64,000 nucleotides of DNA from an uncultured Candidatus Saccharibacteria bacterium (GCA_964600985.1 CAZRJR010000002.1:104867-168866), one strand, 5' to 3'; positions 48,358-58,715 are shown, numbered from the stretch's first letter. Notes: generated by a model from the sequence alone, not told the origin. Program-made: numbers and translations.

Positions 48358-49611
48358 ATGCTAGACTACGTATACACGGCACGCGAGCAAGGCACAGGCT
48401 CGATTGTAAAAGGAAATATTCAGGCAGACAACGATATTGCCGCCGCCGACCTGCTCATGCAAAAGGACCTAGTACCAGTCAAGATCACCTTGGCTAAAAA
48501 GGCCGGCTTCTTAGGGATAGATCTTTCTTCCCTCGAGAAGGTGCGCCCGCATGATCGAGTGATCTTTACTCGCCAGTTAGCCACTCTCATTAAGGCTGGC
48601 CTACCTATTACTCAGGCCCTCGTTACCGCAGTTGACCAAATTAATAGCGAGAAGTTCAAATCAATCCTGCAAAAGATCGTTGCCTCGGTAGAAGGTGGTA
48701 CCAGCTTGGCCGACTCGTTTGGTCAGTTCCCCGAGGTGTTTAACCATACCTACGTGAGCCTAGTAAAAGCTGGTGAAACTTCTGGGACGCTGGATGTAGT
48801 GTTAGAACGCCTGGCCAACCAGCAGGAAAAGGACCAAGCAATTGCCTCTAAAGTACGTGGCGCACTTATATATCCACTCCTGGTACTCGCTGTGATTATA
48901 GTAGTAATTGGCTTTATGCTGGTTTATGTATTGCCGCAAATTACCACTCTCTATGATAGTCTTAATAAGGAGTTACCGATTTATACCAAGGTACTGCTGG
49001 CTGGCTCGCAGTTTACCATTAAGTTCTGGTGGCTTACACTGCTTATTATTATCGCAATTGTATTTGGTATTCGGGCTTGGATACAGTCAGCAAGCGGTCG
49101 TAAGACTATAGATCGGTTTAAGCTCAATGCGCCCATATTTGGCAAGCTGTTCCGCAAGGTGTACATGGCGCGCTTTACCCGCACTATGGGGTCGCTGGTA
49201 GCCAGTGGTGTGCCTATGTTAGAGGCACTCGACATTACCGGCCAGGCAGTAAACAACGTGATTATTAAGGACATAATCGATGGTGCTGCGCAGCAAGTTA
49301 AAGGGGGTAAAGCACTCTCTACCACACTGAGTAATCACAAGTATGTGCTGCCGCTGGTGCCGCAAATGATTCGCATAGGTGAGGATTCCGGTACGCTGGG
49401 TGACATGCTCGACAAGGTAGCCAGCTTCTTTGAAGACGAGGTAGACCAGACGGTTAAGAACCTATCTACCATCATCGAGCCGGCCATGATGATCGTGCTC
49501 GGTGGTTTGGTGTTCTTTATGATCGCGGCGATTCTGCTGCCAGTATACAGTTTGGTTGGCGGCGGTGTAGACACCAACCCGGCAGGCAGTGTGCAAACGC
49601 AGACAAAATAA
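48358..49611 (+). CDS. pilC: Type IV pilus platform protein PilC (GspF family)
   Basis: It has two GspF repeats and 3 TM helices. Confidence 0.88.
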   Translation: MLDYVYTAREQGTGSIVKGNIQADNDIAAADLLMQKDLVPVKITLAKKAGFLGIDLSSLEKVRPHDRVIFTRQLATLIKAGLPITQALVTAVDQINSEKFKSILQKIVASVEGGTSLADSFGQFPEVFNHTYVSLVKAGETSGTLDVVLERLANQQEKDQAIASKVRGALIYPLLVLAVIIVVIGFMLVYVLPQITTLYDSLNKELPIYTKVLLAGSQFTIKFWWLTLLIIIAIVFGIRAWIQSASGRKTIDRFKLNAPIFGKLFRKVYMARFTRTMGSLVASGVPMLEALDITGQAVNNVIIKDIIDGAAQQVKGGKALSTTLSNHKYVLPLVPQMIRIGEDSGTLGDMLDKVASFFEDEVDQTVKNLSTIIEPAMMIVLGGLVFFMIAAILLPVYSLVGGGVDTNPAGSVQTQTK

Positions 49612-49682
49612 AGCTTGACGAGCTAGCGCAAATCCACTAATCTTAGCATAAGAACTTTAGAATATATTACAAAGGAGATAGC

Positions 49683-50183
49683 ATGAACTTATTAACAAAC
49701 CTAAAGAAACAAAAGAAAGGCTTTACGCTGATCGAAGTTGTGATCGTGCTCGCCATTGCAGCTTTGATACTTGTTATTGTGTTCTTAGCCGTACAAGGTG
49801 CCCAAAAAAGCCAGCGAGATAACGCCTCAAAGCAGGGAGCTAGCAGGGCGATTGCTGCCGCACAAAATTACCTTTCTGATAATGGCGGGACAATAACGGC
49901 TGCAGTGCTTGCGACTCCCGGGGAGTTTCAAACAGGATGCGACTTAGATGGCGGAACTTCTTGTGGTAACTTCGGCAAGTATTTTAAAAATGTCACAGGT
50001 CATGCAGGTAAAGCATTTTGGCTTGGTGATACTGCAGTGACTACCGTCAATGATCATCCAATGGTTACTTTTGGTCGTGTTTGTAGCGGGGGAGCAATGA
50101 CGGCTTCTGGGGCTGGAGCTAGTAGTATTGCGGCTGTATACTGGTCTGAATCTGCTAATAAAGCGGTCTGTATCAGTAACTAG
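49683..50183 (+). CDS. Type IV pilin (candidate major pilin)
   Basis: It has a class III signal, KKG|FTLIEVVIVLAIAA, and C-terminal Cys residues. An AAGGAG SD is present. Confidence 0.85.
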   Translation: MNLLTNLKKQKKGFTLIEVVIVLAIAALILVIVFLAVQGAQKSQRDNASKQGASRAIAAAQNYLSDNGGTITAAVLATPGEFQTGCDLDGGTSCGNFGKYFKNVTGHAGKAFWLGDTAVTTVNDHPMVTFGRVCSGGAMTASGAGASSIAAVYWSESANKAVCISN

Positions 50184-50265
50184 TTACCTTGATTACAAAA
50201 ACGTCCGATTTATTGTCGGGCGTTTTTAAGTTGCGTAAACATAAGCATTATATTAAAGTAAGAAC

Positions 50266-50700
50266 ATGCAAAAACTTCGTAAAGGGTTTACTCTTGTTGA
50301 ACTCATAATCGTTCTAGCAATTGCTGGGCTCATAATCTCCTTGGTGTTTGTGGCGGCTAGTGCAGCACAGCGCAACAGTCGCGATACTACTCGCCGAGCG
50401 GATACAAATAAGCTTGCAACTGCAATAGATCAGTGGGCGAGTAATCATAATGGCGCCCTTCCCATCGCTCCAGATGTTGCACCTGGAGGTCAGCTTTTTA
50501 CAGATGGTTATCTAGATATAAACAAGTTCAAAGACCCTTCGGCTGATGCTAATTACGTAATACTTTATCAGGATACTCCCCTTAATCCGGCAGCTTGTTT
50601 TACAAAATATATCGGCTACATTGTCGACAGCACTACCGCTCCAACTACATATCATTTAGAAACTTGCCTAGAAGCAGGAGTTTATAAGCTCAATCCATAA
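50266..50700 (+). CDS. Type IV pilin
   Basis: It has the signal RKG|FTLVELIIVLAIAG and 2 Cys. Confidence 0.8.
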   Translation: MQKLRKGFTLVELIIVLAIAGLIISLVFVAASAAQRNSRDTTRRADTNKLATAIDQWASNHNGALPIAPDVAPGGQLFTDGYLDINKFKDPSADANYVILYQDTPLNPAACFTKYIGYIVDSTTAPTTYHLETCLEAGVYKLNP

Positions 50701-51467
50701 TGATTATCCTTTTTGGCCTCCTTGGCTTATTTATAGGTAGCTTCCTGAATGTAGTCGTGTTGCGTACGCATAGCGGCAAAAGCTTTGTTACTGGCCGCTC
50801 AGAGTGCTCTAGGTGCCATAAGCAGCTAGTGTGGTACGAATTGATTCCTGTGCTCAGCTATGCTTTGCAGCGCGGTAAATGTAGGCATTGCGGCAAGCAT
50901 ATATCGGCTCAGTACCCACTGGTAGAGCTGGCTACAGGCGCGTTGTTTGCTGGCCTGTTTGCACTCATTGGGGTAGGGAATAGTTTGGCAGTATTTACCC
51001 TCGCCGTATGGCTAGTGGTGGGTAGCTTACTCATAGCTAGCTTGGTGTACGATTGGCGTTGGATGCTCCTGCCCGACGCATTTATGCTGCCGGCTATAGC
51101 TGTGGCTGTGAGCTACGTAGTGATGCTTAGCACATACTTTGGCCACAACGTATTGCTGGCTCGTGGACTAGCCGCAGTGGTGTTTGCTGGGTTCTTTGCG
51201 GCGTTGTGGGCTGTGTCGCGCGGTACATGGCTAGGGGATGGCGATATCCGCCTGGCAATAGTTATGGGGCTAATGCTGAGTTGGGCGCAGCTACTGGTGG
51301 CACTGTTCTTTAGCTTTAACATCGCAGCGGTGGTGTCACTGTGGCTACTTGGTACCCACCGGCGCAGCCGCAAAGACGCTATTCCGCTAGGGCCCTTCCT
51401 GATCGCAGGGACGTTTATAGGGCTATTTGTGGGTAATTGGCTGGTGCGTATGTATTTAGCGCTCTAA
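50700..51467 (+). CDS. pilD: Prepilin peptidase (A24 family)
   Basis: It has the N-terminal CxxC...CxxC zinc motif (CSRCHK...CRHCGK), catalytic Asp residues and 6-8 TM helices. Confidence 0.88.
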   Translation: MIILFGLLGLFIGSFLNVVVLRTHSGKSFVTGRSECSRCHKQLVWYELIPVLSYALQRGKCRHCGKHISAQYPLVELATGALFAGLFALIGVGNSLAVFTLAVWLVVGSLLIASLVYDWRWMLLPDAFMLPAIAVAVSYVVMLSTYFGHNVLLARGLAAVVFAGFFAALWAVSRGTWLGDGDIRLAIVMGLMLSWAQLLVALFFSFNIAAVVSLWLLGTHRRSRKDAIPLGPFLIAGTFIGLFVGNWLVRMYLAL

Positions 51468-51541
51468 GGGGCCTGTAAACAAGTTAGATTAGCGTTGGGC
51501 GGTGCTTAGCATAAGTGTTATAATATCAATCAAAGTAATAA

Positions 51542-52381
51542 TTGGACTTAGAATCACTACCAATGGTCAGACTACCTACCTCACACAGAATTACACAGGC
51601 AATTACTAAGCAGCGAGGCGTGACGCTCGTAGAGCTGATTCTGGTACTGGCAATTTCGAGCTTCATGATTGTGTTGGCTCTAGGTGGCATAAATAATCGC
51701 GGCCGTGGAGAATTCGACAATAGTATGAAGCAGGTACTAAATAATTTACGCCAGGTGCAAAACGAAGCTGCCAGTGGGCAGTTGGTCGGGTCTAATTGCG
51801 ATGCTACAGTTACCAACCCTAATCAACGTGATTTAGCCGGCTGCCCAAGGGATGGAGAGGAAATCGTAGGCAAAGGTGTTAGCTTTGGGCTTAGTGCTAG
51901 CGCTAACTTTGGGGGAGATAGTTGTTCGAAGGCAACAAGCTATGGAGCCAGTGGTAGCCCAGCAACTTCTACTGCTTACTATGAATACGTCATTAAGAGG
52001 GGTGCTGGTACGCCCTGGAATAACGTAGTCTGTGCCCTTCGACAGAAACAAGTATCGTTACCGTCTGCAGTCGTTTTAGCAGGAATAGTACCGCCATCTG
52101 GGCCCAACGCCGACAGGGCGATGATTAATTTTGTACGTCATAATAACGATGACGCAAACCCTAACGCAACTACGCCGCCATTTTTCTTTAAGCAGGCTTA
52201 CTTTAGTGATGCTAGTGGGGGTTACTTTTTTGGGACTTTTACTCCCGCCATGGCGTATGCTAGTTACGCTAGCTCGCAATCAGGAACTCTTACTCTGAAA
52301 TTTCAAGGTAAGGACAACGCAGCGTATAAAGCTAGTATTGTAATTGATCTAGCGGGCGGCAGCATGGAGCTGAAGCAGTGA
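51542..52381 (+). CDS. Minor pilin or pseudopilin
   Basis: It has a prepilin signal, QRG|VTLVELILVLAIS. Confidence 0.65.
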   Translation: MDLESLPMVRLPTSHRITQAITKQRGVTLVELILVLAISSFMIVLALGGINNRGRGEFDNSMKQVLNNLRQVQNEAASGQLVGSNCDATVTNPNQRDLAGCPRDGEEIVGKGVSFGLSASANFGGDSCSKATSYGASGSPATSTAYYEYVIKRGAGTPWNNVVCALRQKQVSLPSAVVLAGIVPPSGPNADRAMINFVRHNNDDANPNATTPPFFFKQAYFSDASGGYFFGTFTPAMAYASYASSQSGTLTLKFQGKDNAAYKASIVIDLAGGSMELKQ

Positions 52382-52890
52382 TAAGGAGCATAAGGCGCCA
52401 CACATGGGCTCGTAGGGGCGATACCCTCATAGAGGTAATATTTGCTTTGGCAATACTGGCAAGCATACTCATGGTAATTACCACGGGGGCTATTACCGCA
52501 TGGCGAACGTCTCGGTTGGCGGGTGAGCGTACGCAAGCAGCAGGGCTCGTGGCCCAACAGGCGGAAGCACTTAAGGCATATAGCTTTCCCAAGACATTTG
52601 ATTCGTCGTTTAACGATGAGATTAACGAGGCCGTAACGCAGGGTAAATGCATGGTCATATCTGGTAGTGATGCTTGGAATATAGATACAGCTGGCTGTAA
52701 TAACGTGGGCGCAGATATGGGGGTAAATAAGTATAGTGCTAAATTTGAATCTGTGAGTTCGCCTAATTGTGGTATTCTCGCGTCCCCACCTATAAAAACT
52801 TGTACAGTTAAGATTACCGTGAGTTGGTTGCCGTTGGGTTCAAATACTCCCGAAACGAGTAGCCAGGTAGTTACCATTAGGGAGCAATGA
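52378..52890 (+). CDS. Minor pilin (PilV-like)
   Basis: It has the prepilin-like N-terminus RRG|DTLIEVIFALAILA. Confidence 0.6.
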   Translation: MIRSIRRHTWARRGDTLIEVIFALAILASILMVITTGAITAWRTSRLAGERTQAAGLVAQQAEALKAYSFPKTFDSSFNDEINEAVTQGKCMVISGSDAWNIDTAGCNNVGADMGVNKYSAKFESVSSPNCGILASPPIKTCTVKITVSWLPLGSNTPETSSQVVTIREQ

Positions 52891-52893
52891 GCA

Positions 52894-53505
52894 ATGCAGA
52901 AGCGATGTAAGAACACTACGAAGCACCCCAAGGGGTTCACACTTATAGAGCTCATGTTTGCTATGGCGGCGTTTTCCGTAATGTTAGTGATTGCAGTGTC
53001 GGGCTTACTAAACGCTATGACAATATACAATCAAGCCAATGTGAGTCGTGATAATCAACAGCAGGTGCGGGCAATCGTGGAGGGCCTAACCAGGAATATC
53101 CGTGCCGCATCGGTTGCAAGAGTACTAAGCGACGGATCACTTTGCCTAGAGGGCACGCCGGATGGTGATGTACGCTACTATCAGGCCTTGGTAGCTGGTG
53201 GCCCAGCGAAACACCTTATGCGTACCAATATAACGAATGCGACGAGGTGTAGTGTCCTGACACCTGCAGACCTAAGCTATGATACCACTACCACAAAGGA
53301 CCTTATGAGCGGCGGTAAATCAACCGATGTAAGTGTATTTTGGCCAAGGCAATTACAGCAAGTAGACGGTGCTGGCAATCCTGCTGCGCCATCGGTACGT
53401 ATTACACTGGGCATAGAACGCGGGGCTGGTGCTGCATCGGTACGACAACGACAGTTTAGCAATCAATTTAAACTTACTTCCACCGCTATGGTAGGGGTAC
53501 AGTAG
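52894..53505 (+). CDS. Minor pilin (PilW-like)
   Basis: It has the prepilin-like N-terminus PKG|FTLIELMFAMAAFS. Confidence 0.6.
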   Translation: MQKRCKNTTKHPKGFTLIELMFAMAAFSVMLVIAVSGLLNAMTIYNQANVSRDNQQQVRAIVEGLTRNIRAASVARVLSDGSLCLEGTPDGDVRYYQALVAGGPAKHLMRTNITNATRCSVLTPADLSYDTTTTKDLMSGGKSTDVSVFWPRQLQQVDGAGNPAAPSVRITLGIERGAGAASVRQRQFSNQFKLTSTAMVGVQ

Positions 53506-53559
53506 TGCTGGAGCAGCAATATGTTTGATTTTAAAGCTAATGGTGGTAGCATAAGGAGT

Positions 53560-54648
53560 ATGAAACGGTCTCGACTAACTATGGGTAAACAGCGAGGCGG
53601 GGCCTCCCTCCTTACCACGGTTATCTTGGCCATAGTGCTTCTTGGTATAGTAGGTGGGCTAACTACTCTCTCCGTGCGTGAGCTGCGGCAGGCAAGTAAC
53701 GTAGAGCAGTCCAATAGGGCGCTTAAGGCCGCTGAGGGCTACGTGAACACGCTTGCCAGTGAAATTGCCCCAGGGGGCGCTGTGCAGGCACGTGGGGCTT
53801 GTAATGCCGACCCTGGCTCGAATACCCCAAAGCCCGAAATTATTATTGATACCAATTTGGCAATTACGTGTGCTACTGTGTCGGCAGGACTCGATGACAA
53901 GATTGTGGGTAATTTGGGGCGAGACCAGTCAGATCGTATAAATTTAAGTGGGGCAAAATACGATGATGGGAGTCCTGCTAAAGTTGCTAAAATGTCCATA
54001 GAGTGGGGATCGTCATCTCAAGGCAATCCACTTCCAGGAGTTCCTCCTTGGCCAGGATTATCGAGTGGGGAGTGGTCTGCTCCAGCAGCAGTAGAGGTGA
54101 GTTACGCGTGGTGGTCGAGCGGCACAATCAATCCCTTAAACTCAGGTGATGACTATGGCCTGCCTCTGGCTCGCTATTTAGTTAACCCTGGTGGCAGTGT
54201 CGCAGGCATAAGCACTATTTGCAATGGGGCATCGCCCTCTGGCGGTGGCTATAAGTGCTGGACTGGTAGTACCTCGGCGGTAGGAAAGGTAGATCTACAA
54301 ACTGCTGCAGCGGGCAGTAACCCGGCGAGTGACAGTTACTCAGTAAAGCTAACAGCTCGATACAATAATTTGCCCTACCAACTACGATTTTATGATGCAG
54401 CTGATAAGCTGCTGAAGCTCGAAGCTCCCTACGCTACCATCGATGTAACTGCACGTAGCAACAATTTGTATCGTCGTGTAATTGCTAAGAAGGAATTAAC
54501 CCATAATAACTCCATTAGCTACCTTGATAACGTTCTGTTCTCCGGCACTAATATTTGTAAGGATCTCCAGGTGGGCGCCGATAATAAACCAGTGAACGGT
54601 GGGGATGGGAAGAATAACCAGCAGTGCGAGAATCCATCTGCCCCATAG
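53560..54648 (+). CDS. PilX-like pilus-associated protein
   Basis: The N-terminus is MKRSRLTMGKQRG|GASLLTTVILAIVLLGIV. The ORF extends upstream to 53521. Confidence 0.5.
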   Translation: MKRSRLTMGKQRGGASLLTTVILAIVLLGIVGGLTTLSVRELRQASNVEQSNRALKAAEGYVNTLASEIAPGGAVQARGACNADPGSNTPKPEIIIDTNLAITCATVSAGLDDKIVGNLGRDQSDRINLSGAKYDDGSPAKVAKMSIEWGSSSQGNPLPGVPPWPGLSSGEWSAPAAVEVSYAWWSSGTINPLNSGDDYGLPLARYLVNPGGSVAGISTICNGASPSGGGYKCWTGSTSAVGKVDLQTAAAGSNPASDSYSVKLTARYNNLPYQLRFYDAADKLLKLEAPYATIDVTARSNNLYRRVIAKKELTHNNSISYLDNVLFSGTNICKDLQVGADNKPVNGGDGKNNQQCENPSAP

Positions 54649-54661
54649 ATAGCTGAGCGCG

Positions 54662-55573
54662 CTAACTGTTATCGGAGTGGAACTTTTTGTGCACGTCCTT
54701 TAGGTGTGGATCGGTTAGGTGGGTATATACCTGGGTAGTGGCGATGTTGGAATGACCAAGCAGCCCTTGTACGCTACGTAGATCCGCACCGTTCATGAGT
54801 AAGTCGGTGGCGAAGCTGTGGCGCAATGTATGGGGAGTAACGTGCTTGGTTATGCCGGCTTGCTTGGCGTACTTTTCTACAATCCGTTGTACACTACGTG
54901 TGGTTAGGCGGGTATACTCTCCACCTTCAAGCTCACTTTTGCTGCCACTGTAGTGTATAAAGAGCGGGTCAAAGTCATCTTTGCGTGCCTTTAGGTATTC
55001 CGAGAGCATGTAGTTCGCCGAGTCGCTAATATATACCGGCCGATCCTTCTGGCCCTTACCACGAATGCTGAATTCGCCTCGTTCAAGGTTGATGCTATTG
55101 CGATTGAGCGCTACCAGCTCGGATACTCGCAAGCCACTTGAAAACAATAGGGCTAGTATGGCTCGGTCGCGCAAGCCGGTGTTGGTATCGGTTTTTACCG
55201 CTTCCATGAGCCGGTGTACCTCGTCTTTGTCCAGGAAGCTTACTTGAGGCCGCTTGGCTTGGGCTAGTTCAATTCTATCTGGGCTGAGGCTCTTAATATC
55301 GCGTTTGGCCAGGTAGCGCAAAAAGCTACGCATAGCTATAAGGTGGTAATTTTGGGTGGTGCGACTTATGGTGCGGCCGTCCTCGCCTACGTAGCGATTC
55401 AACCACTGCCGCCACTTACTCATGAGCTCAGAGGTAATGTTGCTTACCTTTATCTCGCCAGCAAACTCATCGAAGCGGTTCAGGTAGTGGGAATAGTTCT
55501 CGATGGTTTTAAGACTTCGTCCACGTTCAACCTCGAGGTATTCCAGAAAGTCACTCATATAATCACTAAACAT
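54662..55573 (-). CDS. xerC: Tyrosine site-specific recombinase XerC/XerD
   Basis: It has an N-terminal SAM-like domain, the RHSFAT box and the catalytic motif LLGHSNIATTQVYTH with Tyr. Confidence 0.88.
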   Translation of the reverse strand: MFSDYMSDFLEYLEVERGRSLKTIENYSHYLNRFDEFAGEIKVSNITSELMSKWRQWLNRYVGEDGRTISRTTQNYHLIAMRSFLRYLAKRDIKSLSPDRIELAQAKRPQVSFLDKDEVHRLMEAVKTDTNTGLRDRAILALLFSSGLRVSELVALNRNSINLERGEFSIRGKGQKDRPVYISDSANYMLSEYLKARKDDFDPLFIHYSGSKSELEGGEYTRLTTRSVQRIVEKYAKQAGITKHVTPHTLRHSFATDLLMNGADLRSVQGLLGHSNIATTQVYTHLTDPHLKDVHKKFHSDNS

Positions 55574-56120
55574 ACCCTTAGCTTAAGCTGTTTCAGGTTG
55601 AGAGGCAAGAGTCGGGGTATTTTACCACTCCTGCTTGTCATTCCGAGCTTGTCGAGGAATATGTTTGCCTGTCGCTAACCCCGACCTTGGAGCAACAGGA
55701 TCAGTGAATCTGAGACTTCAGCATTGGCGAGGACTTAGCGATAGCGATCCCGCAGCCAAATGATAGCAAGTCGAAGTATGAGATGAATCCTTGTTTGCGA
55801 ACCCGTGGTCGGAAAGACTTTGGGTTCTTTTGGTCTTTTCAAAAGAACGAATGTGTTAAAGAAGCTATTGTCCTAACTATTACTACTTTTGAAGATACCA
55901 AAAGTAGTCAAAAGTATCTGCGACATGGGGCTCAGGTCTAGGAACGTCTGAGCTGCTCATTATGCAGATATTCGCTCCCACTGCGAGTCCCAACGACTCT
56001 CGTGGTTAGCTCATTCTGATGCTTCACAATCAGTCTTCCTGATCTTCGAATGTCGCGGGGAGCTGCAAGGGTGCCGCTGGCTAAAAGGCTCTTTTTCAGC
56101 TATAATTAGCCTCAATTTGT

Positions 56121-58016
56121 ATGGCTAATAAGACTCAAAACACAACTGAATACGACGTAGTGATAGTCGGTGCTGGGCACGCAGGCTGTGAGGCAGCTGT
56201 AGCGGCGGCTAAACTAGGTGCTCGTACGGCACTAATTACTACCACGCTAACTAAGGTGGCAACTCTGCCATGCAACCCATCGGTTGGTGGCCCAGGCAAA
56301 GGGCACTTAGTGCGCGAGATTGGCGCTCTAGGCGGCATTATGGCCGACGTAGTGGACCAGAGCGCCATTCAGCTCAAGGAGCTCAATACATCCAAAGGGC
56401 CGGCTGTACGGGCCTATAGAGCCCAAATAGACAAGCCAGCCTATAATGCCAATATGCTCAAGGTGCTCAAGGCCACCAAAGGACTAGATTTACTCGAAGA
56501 CGAAGTGCACGGCGTCGAGGCTTCGAATGGTGCAATAACAGGTGTAGAAACCTCTAAGCGGGGCATAATAACTACCAAAAGTGTAATCATTTGCGCCGGT
56601 ACGTTTCTGAACGGTGAAATCGTGGTAGGTGATAGGGTGGTGCGTAAGGGCGGACGAATAGATGAGGATTCAGTCGGCGGCCTCACTGAATCGCTCGCAC
56701 GACTCGGCCTCAAGCATGGTCGGCTCAAGACAGGTACGCCACCGCGTATAGCTCGCGACAGTATTGATTACACCAAGATGGAGTTAGCACCTGGCAGCGC
56801 CGGGCCAGTAAGCTTTAGCTATCCAGATAGGGAAGTACTGCCTCTTAGTAGCCAAGAGCCCTGTTATTTAACCTATACTACGCCAAAAACTCACCAAATA
56901 ATCCTTAGTAACATTAAAAAGTCGCCAGTATTCTCGGGCATGATCACCGAGCGCGCGCCTCGAAGTTGTCCGTCACTCGATCTCAAGGTAGCGAACTTCC
57001 CCGATAAGTCACGCCATCCGCTGTTTATAGAGCCCGAGGGCCGGCCAGACGGTCCTGATGGGGAGAGAATGTATATTCAAGGCGGATCATTGGCCTTCCC
57101 CGAGGAAGTGCAAGAGGAAATCATTCATTCTGTTCCGGGGTTAGAAAAAGCACGCTTTTTGGCGCATGGATACGCGGTGGTGTATGACTACTTCTTGCCA
57201 TATCAACTGAAGCTCACATTGGAAACAAAAGTTGTTCAATCATTATACTTTGCAGGTCAAATGAACGGTACAACGGGTTACGAAGAAGCCGCCGCACAGG
57301 GCTTAATTGCCGGCATAAATTCAGCTCGCAAGGCACTTGGCAAGAGTGAGTTTACCCTTGATCGCACTCAAGCTTACATCGGCGTGCTGATCGAGGATTT
57401 AACGACTAAAACTCACGTGGAACCATATAGAATGTTTACCTCGCGGGCAGAGTACAGGTTACTCTTGCGCAACGATAACGCCGATATGCGCCTTACCAAG
57501 CTCGGTTACGACATTGGCTTAGCTAGCAAACAGGCTTACGATTTAGTGCTTGCTAAGCAGGCTGCCACGAGCGAAGGTATAGCCATACTCAAGCGCCATA
57601 AGATCTCGCAACCAAATGGGAAGATATCGCTTTATACATATCTGGCAAGACCGGAGGTAAAGCTTGTAGATTTAGTGAAGGAGCAAAATCTAAGTATTGC
57701 GCCCGAGGCGATACAGACAATCGAACTCGAGGCTAAATATAGCGGTTACTTTGACCGCCAGCAGCGTGACGCCGAGCGGTTGCACGAAAAGGCGGGCCAT
57801 CCAATTCCAGGGGACTTTGATTACGCATTGGTGCGCGGCTTGCGTAACGAGGCTCGTAAGCGGCTCGAGGAAATGCAGCCAACTACGTTGGCTCAAGCCG
57901 GCAAGATGCAGGGGATTACCCCGGCAGATTTAAGTATCCTTATGATCGCGCTCTATGCTCATAGCCACAAAGCCCATGGCAGCCACCCGGCTAAAGCTGC
58001 TACAATAGTAAGCTAA
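56121..58016 (+). CDS. mnmG: tRNA uridine-5-carboxymethylaminomethyl synthesis enzyme MnmG (GidA)
   Basis: It has the FAD-binding motif YDVVIVGAGHAGCEAA and encodes 631 aa. Confidence 0.9.
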   Translation: MANKTQNTTEYDVVIVGAGHAGCEAAVAAAKLGARTALITTTLTKVATLPCNPSVGGPGKGHLVREIGALGGIMADVVDQSAIQLKELNTSKGPAVRAYRAQIDKPAYNANMLKVLKATKGLDLLEDEVHGVEASNGAITGVETSKRGIITTKSVIICAGTFLNGEIVVGDRVVRKGGRIDEDSVGGLTESLARLGLKHGRLKTGTPPRIARDSIDYTKMELAPGSAGPVSFSYPDREVLPLSSQEPCYLTYTTPKTHQIILSNIKKSPVFSGMITERAPRSCPSLDLKVANFPDKSRHPLFIEPEGRPDGPDGERMYIQGGSLAFPEEVQEEIIHSVPGLEKARFLAHGYAVVYDYFLPYQLKLTLETKVVQSLYFAGQMNGTTGYEEAAAQGLIAGINSARKALGKSEFTLDRTQAYIGVLIEDLTTKTHVEPYRMFTSRAEYRLLLRNDNADMRLTKLGYDIGLASKQAYDLVLAKQAATSEGIAILKRHKISQPNGKISLYTYLARPEVKLVDLVKEQNLSIAPEAIQTIELEAKYSGYFDRQQRDAERLHEKAGHPIPGDFDYALVRGLRNEARKRLEEMQPTTLAQAGKMQGITPADLSILMIALYAHSHKAHGSHPAKAATIVS

Positions 58017-58033
58017 AATACCAAAGGAGAAAT

Positions 58034-58675
58034 ATGGAACCAGATCTAAAGAAGTTTGAACAGATTCGTAGAGAAAAGTCACTGGTGCTTATTAAGCCTG
58101 ATGCGGTTATGCGTAAGTTAGTCGGTGAGATTATGACCCGTTTTGAGCGTAAAGGACTTAAGATTGTGGCGCTCAAGATGGTCCAACCAACCAAGAGTCA
58201 TGTAGAGCAACACTATACCGACAGTGAGGAATGGTTGGTAGGGAGCGGCACTAATACCTACAATAGCTATGTAGAAAAGGGTATTAAGCCGCCCCTAGAT
58301 TCTCCGCGAGAGTTTGGCCTCAATACTCGCCGTAAGCTTATGGAATCATTGGGTGCCGGTCCTGTTGTAGCCATGATACTAGAAGGCCCGCATGTGATCG
58401 AGATTGTGCGTAAAATGCGTGGTGCTACCAGCCCGTTGCAGGCAGATGTGGGCACAATTGGTTTTGATTACTCGCTCGAGTCCTATGAGCTTTCGGACGC
58501 GGGCGATTGGGCGATTAAGAACATTATCCATGCCAGTGATTCGCCCGAGAACGCTCAGCGTGAGATCAACATTTGGTTCGACGAAGCTGACATTGTAGAC
58601 TATCACGCGGCTGAAGACGAAGTGTTGTTCACCAAAGATTGGTATGGCAAGAAGTCCAAGCCAGCCTCCGAATAA
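58034..58675 (+). CDS. ndk: Nucleoside diphosphate kinase with insertions and a C-terminal extension
   Basis: It has the motifs LVLIKPDAV, RKLVGEIMTRFERKGLKIVALK and NIIHASDS (catalytic His). It encodes 213 aa against about 140 for typical Ndk. Confidence 0.8.
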   Translation: MEPDLKKFEQIRREKSLVLIKPDAVMRKLVGEIMTRFERKGLKIVALKMVQPTKSHVEQHYTDSEEWLVGSGTNTYNSYVEKGIKPPLDSPREFGLNTRRKLMESLGAGPVVAMILEGPHVIEIVRKMRGATSPLQADVGTIGFDYSLESYELSDAGDWAIKNIIHASDSPENAQREINIWFDEADIVDYHAAEDEVLFTKDWYGKKSKPASE

Positions 58676-58683
58676 CTAAAAGA

Positions 58684-58715
58684 CGCAACCCCGAGTGACC
58701 TCGGGGTTTTCGATT
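58684..58715 (+). terminator. Intrinsic terminator after ndk
   Basis: AACCCCGAG tgacc TCGGGGTT TTCGATTATT. Confidence 0.7.
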
